The notes beneath the pieces were generated by a model that did no database searches, was not told the DNA's origin, and saw only the letters and a list, made by a program, of their open reading frames with translations. A stretch of DNA of 56,297 nucleotides, counting the filler, from Bipalium vagum (taxonomy: Eukaryota), in the NCBI GenBank assembly GCA_037834085.1. It is 3 parts of 3 records of this genome, joined end to end, with 100 filler letters (N's around TTAATTAATTAA, not from the genome) between each part and the next. Parts side by side here need not be neighbours in the genome. Positions count along the whole stretch, not along the records: positions 17,838 to 33,871 come from JBBMKC010130861.1; positions 33,972 to 56,297 come from JBBMKC010223010.1; 1 more part is not named here. One strand, 5' to 3'. Of the stretch, positions 25,801 to 34,698 are shown one piece after another (position 1 is the first letter of the stretch; the number at the start of each line of letters is the position of its first letter). The position numbers and the translations under genes are program-made.

Positions 25801-28330
25801 TTTCATTTATATTAATAATTTCTTGGATAATTAAATTTAATTAATTGAAAAAATCAATTTAGGTGTCATTTAATTTAGAAGACTAATAAGATCAGTATTA
25901 ATAAAATATATTTTATCAGTTTGTAAAGAACTAAAATAATGTTTTTAAATTTTACTATCAATTTTAATATAATTATTTTTATTAAAATTATAAGAAAATT
26001 TTCAATAATTTTTTAGTACATATTGAATATTTTGTTGATTTTTTATTGATTTATTAATTTAAATAAATAAATAGAAAATATAAAAATAGATAGCTTTTTA
26101 TTTAACATAAGCCACATTTTAAATATATAATTTTACTTTTTCTAGTATTATTTTTATTTTATTTGAGAAATGCTTTAAAGATCAACATATAAAAGTCTTA
26201 TATGGTATGGAATTGATTATTTTTCTTTAATTGTATGCGAAGTACTTTTTAAATTATCATTACTAAAAGTATATTTAAGATATATTTAAAAATTTGAAAT
26301 ATTTTATATCACCAGATACATTAGAATAGGAACATATGTAACATATTCCGGTATAATTTTTCATTTTTCAAATTCTTCAAAATCAATTACTTTCTTTTAC
26401 TTTCAATTTCAATATTTATTAAAATTGACTTTGATCTAATTGTTTTTCGTAAAATTTTTCTTCAATCACTTTAAATACTAATACTAATTGATATTAATAA
26501 CTTAAAAATACCACAACGTTTTTATCTTGAAAGTTTCTTTCTAATTTTCTCTTCACCTGATTTTCTGAATGTTTTGCTGAATTTTTGATGAATCCAAAAA
26601 TGGGAAAAGATAAAAAATTTCATTTTATTGTAAAATATTCTCTTATTTAAAATATTTCTGCTTTATTTATTTTTAATGTTCATAAACCTTTTTACTAAAT
26701 GGCTATAAAATCGTGTTTTTTACTTTTTAAATTTTCCAGTGAAATCTATCAACTTAGACATTATATATTATAGCATTATTTCCTATTTTATTTTGTAAAC
26801 GAAATAAATTCAAAATAATCTCAACATGCAAAACCCATTTCAATCAATTGGACAACTATACCGAAATTAAACAAAATTTTTTATCGACTATTTCTTCAAA
26901 ACAATTCTTTATAATTAATGTTATTAACCGAAAAGAGAAATTTTAATATTATCAATATGACGAATTTTTGATATATTATCTCTATAACTGAAAGGTCATT
27001 GATAAGAATTTCAGAAATATGATTCAGAAAAATTTTGAATCAGGTAGATCAAAATACAGAAGTACATTGCTTCAAAAAATAACCTTTGAAATGTTTTATC
27101 ATTATTAAAGAAATCAATTAAAATGTAGCGCTCTTTCAAGAAACAAGTTCTGGATCTTTAATAACAATTTTGACAAACAAAAACTTTTTACAGTTTTTTT
27201 TTTAAATGAAACTTTTGAGGTTTGTAATATTTAAGAACAAAAATTTTAATATACGTTTTTCTTTCAATGATTAGCTAGGCTGAAACATAAAATTTATAAA
27301 CTAAAAACATAATATAGAGGGGTCCATAAAAAATGTTTTTAAAAACAAAATATTTAGGTTCATATTATTACAATACATAAATATATCGTTATTATGAATT
27401 TTTGTTAAAAACGAAATTTTTTATGGACCCCTCTATATTATTTCTAACAGTATTGACTGTTCTTTCAACATATATAACATAATATTTACCCAAAGAAGCG
27501 CTATCAGAAGAAATAGTAATCATTGAAAAATATTTTTTACTGACAAAGAAGAGCAATAAATTTACATTAAAGAAGATCAATTTTATACAAGTTTTAATAA
27601 AATCAATCAAAATTTTCAAAATTACATCGATTTTTATATTTAACAAAACTTGAATTGAGATAATTATCATCATGAACTATTTAATATCAATGACTTGCTT
27701 CGTAATTATTTCTAAAAAATCTCTTAATATTTGTAAATGATAATTTAATTTTAATTAATGATCTGAATTTAATTTTATAAAATTTTAAAAGTGCTGCTAA
27801 AATACTTATAAATATAAAAGTTTCCTGTCAGGTTATTAATAATCAAGGTACTTATGAAATTTGAAATATTTGGGGTCGTTAAAACATTTTATTTACCTGA
27901 TATCCATAAAATCATTCATTTCTGGAATTTTACGAATAATATATTCAACCACTTTTCCATCTGGACAGAGAATATCTCTCAATTTTATTACAGATGATTT
28001 ATTTTCAATAACAATTTTCTCTATAACTTTAAAAGATTCACATATTTCATTATCAGATAAACCAGGGCTTTCATTCTCTAATTAAATTACTATTTCATAC
28101 AATTATAATAAAACAATACCTCCTTTTCCTAACTGGAAAAAAAATTCTCCTTGACTTTCATCGAGCTTTTTCTTAAATTCATTTGATAACTTAAGATATT
28201 CTTCATTTGTTGGATTTACAAAAATAGTCTAAAATCTCGTTAATGTATAAAAATTGTGAATATATAGCTTTACTTTATGGGACAAAATATGTTCGGTGTC
28301 CTTATCTGAATCTACAATTATATCATCCAT
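19732..28330 (-). CDS. GTPBP1: GTP-binding protein 1 (translational GTPase), complete 9-exon gene, 549 aa
   Basis: Exons 28330-28274, 28228-28120, 28077-27897, 24280-24034, 23974-23682, 23625-23439, 20430-20224, 20158-19882, 19823-19732. All introns GT-AG; total 1650 nt, in frame, ending TAA. Motifs [78 protein letters not shown]. Confidence 0.95.
19882..20158 (-). CDS. GTPBP1: GTPBP1 exon 8
   Basis: [16 protein letters not shown]. Confidence 0.95.
20224..20430 (-). CDS. GTPBP1: GTPBP1 exon 7
   Basis: [23 protein letters not shown]. Confidence 0.95.
22515..22840 (-). mobile_element. Mariner 3' fragment in GTPBP1 intron 6
   Basis: Reads [35 protein letters not shown], a typical mariner C-terminus. 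Confidence 0.6.
23439..23625 (-). CDS. GTPBP1: GTPBP1 exon 6
   Basis: [23 protein letters not shown]. Confidence 0.95.
23682..23974 (-). CDS. GTPBP1: GTPBP1 exon 5
   Basis: [26 protein letters not shown]. Confidence 0.95.
24034..24280 (-). CDS. GTPBP1: GTPBP1 exon 4 (P-loop)
   Basis: [20 protein letters not shown]. Confidence 0.95.
27310..27440. mobile_element. MITE (~130 bp) in GTPBP1 intron 3
   Basis: Perfect inverted repeat TAATATAGAGGGGTCCATAAAAAAT at both ends, extending imperfectly to ~40 bp; TA termini. Confidence 0.8.
27897..28077 (-). CDS. GTPBP1: GTPBP1 exon 3
   Basis: [34 protein letters not shown]; AG/GT boundaries. Confidence 0.88.
28120..28228 (-). CDS. GTPBP1: GTPBP1 exon 2
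   Basis: [36 protein letters not shown]; AG/GT boundaries. Confidence 0.88.
28274..28330 (-). CDS. GTPBP1: GTPBP1 exon 1
   Basis: [19 protein letters not shown], donor GTAAAG. Confidence 0.75.
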
Positions 28331-28554
28331 ATAAAATATAAAAAATATTTTAATTAAGAAATGTATGAATTTATTAAATCAAAAAAGTTAAACAAAGGCA
28401 TTATAGAAAATAAATTACTTAATATTTTCAATATATTTCAATATATTTTTAATGAAAAAACTTTATTTTAAATAAATAAAAATTATATAGTATATGATAT
28501 ATATAATATATATTTTATATTATATAAAATAATGTTAATACAAAATAATTCGAA

Positions 28555-29729
28555 GGTTTAAATTCGGTTTGTTCCCGTTTTGTTTATATGGGTCAAACCG
28601 AAAGTCGTTTTAGATATAAGTATTTAATTTTATTTAATTATGTTTTTAGGTATTTAAAATATTTTAGATTTGAAAGTTTATGGCCCTCTTTAGGGACAAA
28701 TTTATGATTGTATTATTCTGAAATATTGAAAGAAATATCAAAGAGTAAGGAATTTTTATTGAAATATTACAAAATATTGCTATTTTTCGTCTCCATATGA
28801 ATTCCAATAAGTGAGGTGCAATTTTTGTAGTTCGGTTTCGTACAGATATTTTTATACCAGACCATGTACCTTCGATTGTATTAGTATGGTGGTCATTTTC
28901 AGGGTTGACGAAATGTAAGAAATGGTTCACCAAACTGTTTCATTTTCAGCAATGGTTTAATTATATTGTAACCTCGCCAGCCATCGGTATAAATGATAGA
29001 TCCTTCTTTCACATGCTTTGTAATGACATCGAGCAATGTTTCTGCATTTCGTTTCTCTATTATTTTGAGGAAGAGCTTTCTTTCTGGTGATCTTTCAACA
29101 CCTTCGACGTGGTGTCCGCGATTATTTTTTCTTTTCCCAAATTTTGACTCATCGATTTCAACAATTATGTCTTGTCCACCGATCCGTGAGTCTTCTTCTG
29201 TTAAGGAATCAATTATGATCTGGTGAGCAGAGGCCGAAAAATTTGTAATTGTTTCCGATGAGTGATGGGTCAAGGTTATTATTGTTGTCTGCTGAACTTG
29301 GCATATCCAAAGATATGATAGTAACAGAAATTCGTGTGCTTTTAAATTTATATTTTCCAAAGCATTTTTTTGGAAAATACGAATTTCTTTTTGATATATT
29401 TTACTGTAGCACCTATAATATTTCCTTTTTAGGTTTATGGCTACAATTTGACCACAATCACAGCGGTTGTGGATTTTAATTATTTGCTTTTCAATTAAGT
29501 AATTAATAGCAGATTCTGGATGAAAAAATAACAAAAAGATCTAAAATTTTAAGAATTGATAGATTCATTTTACTAAAATTTTAATATAAATTTTCATAAT
29601 ACAATCTCTATTTAGACTTATATTGCGAGGTTTTTCGAAAAATATTTTTGAATTTTTTAAAAAATCTAAGAATTTACTATGATTAAATTATTGCATTTAA
29701 ACAAAACGGGAGTAAATCAAATTTACTGC
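28555..29729 (-). mobile_element. Full-length Merlin (IS1595/ISXO2-like) DNA transposon with frameshifted transposase
   Basis: 8-bp TSD AATTCGAA (28547-28554 and 29730-29737); degenerate TIRs sharing TCCCGTTTTGTTTA. ORFs 29534-28899 and 28933-28664 carry a Cys-rich N-terminus, VEIDESKFGKRK, IYTDGWRGY and VNH..FVNP..HTNTIEGTW. Confidence 0.93.
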
Positions 29730-29944
29730 AATTCGAAAATTACTTGCATATGAAAAAATGTTAAAATTCAAAAAAATAGCCTATTAAAAAGTTGTGCAGA
29801 GTTAGAAGTTATATTATCAAAATAAAAATATATGGTTGGGGAACTAATCAATTGAACATCAAGTTATTTACTAAAAAAATAAAATTAAAAGTGAATAAAA
29901 TGAGTGGGCCGAAAAGACGATTTTTAGACTTTTCTGTTTCCTAG

Positions 29945-30173
29945 CGATTACATTTTTCATTTTACCAGTTGGATCATACTTTTAGTTGCAAAGAAAGACA
30001 ATTTTTATAAATATGCCAATAAAAATGAATTTAGTGTAGTAATGAACAACTTTGATAATGATGAAGAAAGAAAAATATGTGAATCATTAGTAATTTAAAA
30101 GCTGAAACCAGAAATTAATTCACAAAATGGAGAAAGCAGGAATCAATGGATGATTATTGTTTTCTATAATTAA
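29945..30173 (+). pseudogene. GIY-YIG endonuclease C-terminal relic (Penelope-like)
   Basis: FSVVMNNFDNDEERKICESLVI*KLKPEINSQ fits the RxIxExxxIxxxxPxLNxQ C-terminal motif; the GIY-YIG N-terminal motif is not found. Confidence 0.45.
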
Positions 30174-30474
30174 TATTTTAAAATAAAAAATTAATGTAGA
30201 TAATTTTTTTAAAAACATGATGGTGTTATCATTTGAAGATAGAAATCGAAGAAGAATAAAATTGACTGAAAAAGATCTGAAAGAAGAATCGAAACATGTT
30301 TCAAGATATTAAGAATATATAAAATTTTGTGTGTTCAAAAATGTTTTTTCTAAAAGCGTATACTTGAAAAATAAAAATGTATTGTTCACTATGTATAACT
30401 ATATATATATTTTTTTATTTCATTAAAAAGGGCAAACATTGATTTAGATGTAGTAATTATCATCAAGACTTATC

Positions 30475-30594
30475 ACACATAGTGTACTACTTTGGTACCC
30501 CCATTTTTTCCTCACTCACTCATATGCGTGCCTCCCAGCACACATACTCGTTCCTTCGCCAAAAACGTATTTACCAAGGTAGTACACTATGTGT
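30475..30594. repeat. 23-bp inverted repeat (hairpin or MITE-like) with 74-nt spacer
   Basis: ACACATAGTGTACTACTTTGGTA (30475-30497) versus TACCAAGGTAGTACACTATGTGT (30572-30594), one mismatch. Confidence 0.9.
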
Positions 30595-30670
30595 CGTATA
30601 AAAATAAAATTTTTTTTCTTAAAAAAATCACTAAAAAATTCAAAAATTTTCTTTAAAAATGTCTACTTGA

Positions 30671-31640
30671 AACACTGCAAATTCAATCATCAATCTTGAT
30701 AAATGGCAAGCTATAAACAATATTTTACCTTTTGAAGAATGTCCTTTTCCTGAAGATTTATTTCATGATGATTACAATCTAAGATTTTTAAGTTTTGAAG
30801 GTAATAAAATAACTTATTCTCATTATTATAAAAAACATTTAGGTACAGTTTATCAATTTAAAATTTCTCCGAAAGATATTACAGAAAGAACTATTACTAA
30901 TTGTTTAAATCTTACTTTAGAAACCATTACAAATAATTATAATGTTAAGCTGACACCCTTACACACTTTAATTTATTCAGGACATAGTTGTTTTCCTTTA
31001 TGTAAAAAGGAAGGAGTAGTAAATCAATTATTTACAAGATTAGAAAAAATTTTACAATCAGAACAAACAATAAATATTGAAGATGTAATTTTTGAATTTT
31101 TACTTTTACCAATACCTCAAGGAAAAGGAAAAAACTATGTTAATTATAGTGGAAATAATTTTAAAAATTTAAGATTACAACATTTTGCACAGAATTCTAT
31201 TAACATAATTTAAAATAATGATACAATCTGTTTAGCCAGATCAATAATAATTTCTTTAACTTATGATAACTTTACAAACAAAAACTTTTTAAAATTTGGA
31301 GAGCGTGATAATAAAATTAGATATATTAGAAGAGCGGATCAAATTCAAGAAGAATGGGCAATAAAATTACATAATATGTCACTAGTAGAAATTAAAGAAA
31401 CTGGAAATAATATTGACGATTTAAAACAATTTTAAATTTTTTTACAAGTAAGAATTATAGTTTATTCTCATAATAATAATCAAGCTGTTTCTATTTTATA
31501 TAGAGGAAATGAATAATTTGAAAAACAAACTTTTATTTATTATGATTAAGAAAATCATCATTTTATTTCACTTACAAAAATAGCAGATTTATTATAATCA
31601 TTAAAATATTTTAATAAATGTTTAATAGGATTTAAAAATA
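30671..31640 (+). pseudogene. N-terminal region of Polinton protein-primed DNA polymerase B (terminal-protein and vOTU-like segments)
   Basis: A single frame, absent from the ORF track: LFTRLEKILQSEQTI..LLLPIPQGKG..SINII*NNDTICLARSIII..QEEWAIKLH..IDDLKQF*IFLQVRIIVY..ENHHFISLTKI. Five in-frame TAA; no polymerase core. Confidence 0.65.
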
Positions 31641-31659
31641 TTTTTTCTATAACTAAACT

Positions 31660-32616
31660 ACCAATTTATTGTGATGATAATGATAATGAAGAAATAAACG
31701 AAATAAATGAAGAAATTAAAAATATTCAAAATGACTCAGAAAATAAATTTTTAAATGTTACTGGTGATTCAATGAAAGGAATTTTATATATGAATAATAA
31801 TGAAATAATAAATATTCCTAATCCTACTGAATATAATGATGTTTTAAATAAAAAAATATATAGATGATAAATTAAATATAATAAGAAGTGAAAAAAATTA
31901 ATAAAGATGATAAAACAATTAATTTTAAAAAATTTGAAAATGACTTAAATGAATTAAAAATAAAAATTAAAAATATAGAAAAAGAATTCCATGATGAAAA
32001 ACTAAAATCGAAAACATATATTTCGAAACTAAAAATCTTTAATGCGGAAGATGATTATAAAAAATTAAATGAAACTTTTAGACCAAATATTTGGCATTCT
32101 TTTGGAAATCACCAATATCAAAAAGTATAAATGTTTCTGGTCTAAATATCATTGCAAATAATGATGGATATTTATTTAGAAATATTTCTAATTCTTTAAT
32201 TGAACCTTTTACAATAATATTAGTTGCAGAAAAAATAATTATAAAAAAGATGATATTATAAATTTTGGAACTGAAAATAAATATCATGTTTTTGGTTGCT
32301 ATAATAATAATAGGAATTACTTTTTTTTATTGGAAAATCAATCGGACGAACAAAAGTAACAGAATCTAAACTCGGAACCAATTAAATATTTTTAAAATTT
32401 ACTAAATCACATACTTTTCTAACACATTCACATTTTTTCTAAAATTCAGAAGAAAAATATTCAACAATTTTTCCATGAAGAAGTAGGTATGAATTTCAAT
32501 TTAATTCAAGAAATATAAAAATTTATAAAAAAAAATTATTTAAAAGTGAAATGGAAGAGATTGAAATTTTTATGAAAAGGTTTTATCCAAATATACACTA
32601 CAATGTAGCGTTCTAA
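31660..32616 (+). pseudogene. Putative viral fibre/adhesin-like gene (neck motif, coiled coil, LamG-like head), frameshifted
   Basis: FLNVTGDSMKGILYMNNNEIINIPNPTEYNDVLNKK(Y)IDD; coiled coil KKFENDLNELKIKIKNIE; PFTIILVA; IKIYKKKLFKSEMEEIEIFMKRFY* ending at TAA 32614-32616. Confidence 0.45.
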
Positions 32617-32669
32617 GACTTCGTCTCAATTTTATATAATGTTAAATTTAAATTTAAATTTTAAATTAA

Positions 32670-33351
32670 AAAAAGGAAATTGATGCAAGTGCACCTTTCA
32701 GAAAAATGTATCCAAATTTAGAATATAAATTTATTTATGAAGATTAAAAATTTGAATCTGATAGATTTTCTAGTCCAATTATTGATCAATTAGAAAAATT
32801 AAAAATTTTATGAATGAAAAAAAGTTTTAGAAGACTTATTAACAACTTATAAAAATTTAAAATTTAAGTATACTAATATAGATTCTCATTTAAAATTAGG
32901 AAGTTATTGTATAACAGGAATTGTTGGAGTTGGAACAGCAGTAATGATAGGAATTTCAACTTTAGGAGTTGGATTGATATTTTATATTCCTATTGGTACT
33001 GCAATTTTTGAAGTTGTAAATTTATTTATTTCTGGAATTATTTCAAAAAATATTACTTCAAAACGAAAAAACTTTATAGAGAAATTTGTGAGTCTATGTT
33101 TTTCAAACAATCCTCAATTATCTTTATTAGAATTTCAAAATTTAGATTCTATATTTTGTTTTGATTTGAAAGATCAACCAGAAGATTTATGTTTAACTGG
33201 AACAGTTATAACTTTACATATTTTAAAAGATAAAGATTTTAAAGGAAAAATAAATGTTGTTTTATTGAAAGAGCAATTTATTGAAATAAAATTAAAAGGA
33301 GGAAAAATGTTTAATATTGAAACAAAGACAAAAGAGAGTTTGAGAAATTAA
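32670..33351 (+). pseudogene. Hydrophobic Gly-rich Polinton protein joined in frame to a major-capsid-like C-terminus
   Basis: ASAPFRKMYPNL..KKVLEDLLTTYKNLKFKY..GIVGVGTAVMIGISTLGVGLIFYIPIG, then from ~33085 LSLLEFQNLDSIFCFDLKDQPEDL..ITLHI..VVLLKEQFIEIKLKGGKM. Confidence 0.5.
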
Positions 33352-33367
33352 AAATTTTTTATCTTAT

Positions 33368-33790
33368 TCATTTTAAATAATTGTTAAATATTTCCGTTTC
33401 TTTTTTATATTCTTTTTCAAAATACTTTGCATTAATTTCTTGAAATAAATATTCTTTATAATAAATTTTATTACTTTTACTAAAATTTTTATCAGTTCTT
33501 AATGGACTTAAATTTTTCCAATTCCAACATATTTTAAAATGATCTTATTATCAAAATCAAATTTAGAAACTGGAAGAACATGATCAATATGCCAAAAATA
33601 TCCTTGTTTTTCCCCTGTCATTCCATCATAAAATTGAAACTCAATCCACTTATATAAAAAATCAAAATTACATCCGATTAACATTTTTATGTGTTCAGAT
33701 TCTCTCTGTTCTTTTAAACATCTATTTAAACTGGTATATAAATTTTGTTGAAGTTTTAACATTTAATTTTCTTGTCTTCTATTTCTATGA
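33368..33790 (-). pseudogene. HNH-type endonuclease of the WHIDH family common in large DNA viruses, frameshifted
   Basis: LIGCNFDFLYKWIEFQFYDGMTGEKQGYFWHIDHVLPVSKFDF; after a frameshift KICWNWKNLSPLRTDKNFSKSNKI, ending at TGA 33370-33368. Confidence 0.75.
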
Positions 33791-33871
33791 TAGGTATTGT
33801 TAGATAATAATTTAAAGTATTTGTTTATATAAATGATTTTTGATAAATAAACAGTTTTTAAAAAGTAGTTA

Positions 33872-33971
33872 NNNNNNNNNNNNNNNNNNNNNNNNNNNNN
33901 NNNNNNNNNNNNNNNTTAATTAATTAANNNNNNNNNNNNNNNNNNNNNNNNNNNNNNNNNNNNNNNNNNNN
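33872..33971. other. Artificial 100-bp assembly spacer (N44-TTAATTAATTAA-N44)
   Basis: Same structure as 17738-17837; truncates the features on both sides. Confidence 0.95.
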
Positions 33972-34605
33972 TATATATATATAATTTTCTTATTTACTTT
34001 TTTTTTAATTACATAAATCATTCTGATAAATTGATTTCTTTCTTCATGCTAGTTATACTTTTACTATTTTTATTATTATTATCGTAACGATTTCATGATC
34101 AAATTGGAAATTTTCAAAATTCAATTCACATACCAAAACATCAAGCTGAAAATATATAATTCTATTGTGAAACCAAATAGCAATTAAAATCAAAGTTTTC
34201 TGGATTGAAAACATGAAACCCTTTCTGATATCTTTTGAATGAAGACTTGAAAATTGATAACATTTTTATTTCTTTTAGATTATCTTTTAAATTAATGAAG
34301 AGAAAATCTTTCTTTTCCAATGTCAATAACAAAAATAAATATTTGCAGATTAGCATGTTAAAGAATATTAACACCAAAAGACCAATTAAGAAAATATAAT
34401 CAATATAACTATAAGATAAAAAACAATTATCGATCGATAGGATTATTATTAATAAGCGTAAAATATTGATTATGATGATGATTATAATAAAGCACTTATT
34501 ATAATATGGCAAAAATGAGAACTAACTCGTAAAATTTTACAATATACTTTAATCTATCTGAGAAAATTATACACAAAATGTCGGACAATGAAAACATTCT
34601 CAAAC

Positions 34606-34698
34606 CTGTAGAATTTCTTCAGGATCATGTGCTTGAGCCACAAGTTCATCTGCGGCAATGATCAATTTTTCTGCATTTGTCAAAGTGTTGGCAGCAAC
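34606..34698 (-). CDS. TRIO: Trio/Kalirin-like exon 10
   Basis: VAANTLTNAEKLIIAADELVAQAHDPEEILQ; CAG / GTTTGA. Confidence 0.88.

Larger units (their letters stand above)
30335..33871 (+). mobile_element. Endogenous Polinton/Maverick (adintovirus-like) remnant, internally deleted and cut by the contig end
   Basis: Intronless, tightly packed decayed reading frames: pPolB-like N-terminus, fibre-like gene, hydrophobic Gly-rich protein, MCP-like C-terminus and a convergent HNH nuclease. Confidence 0.7.

Noticed and set aside
28330-34606. Trio-like gene continuing into or fused with GTPBP1, or the Polinton lying in a Trio intron
   Set aside because: An artificial spacer at 33872-33971 separates them, and no RhoGEF exons lie downstream.
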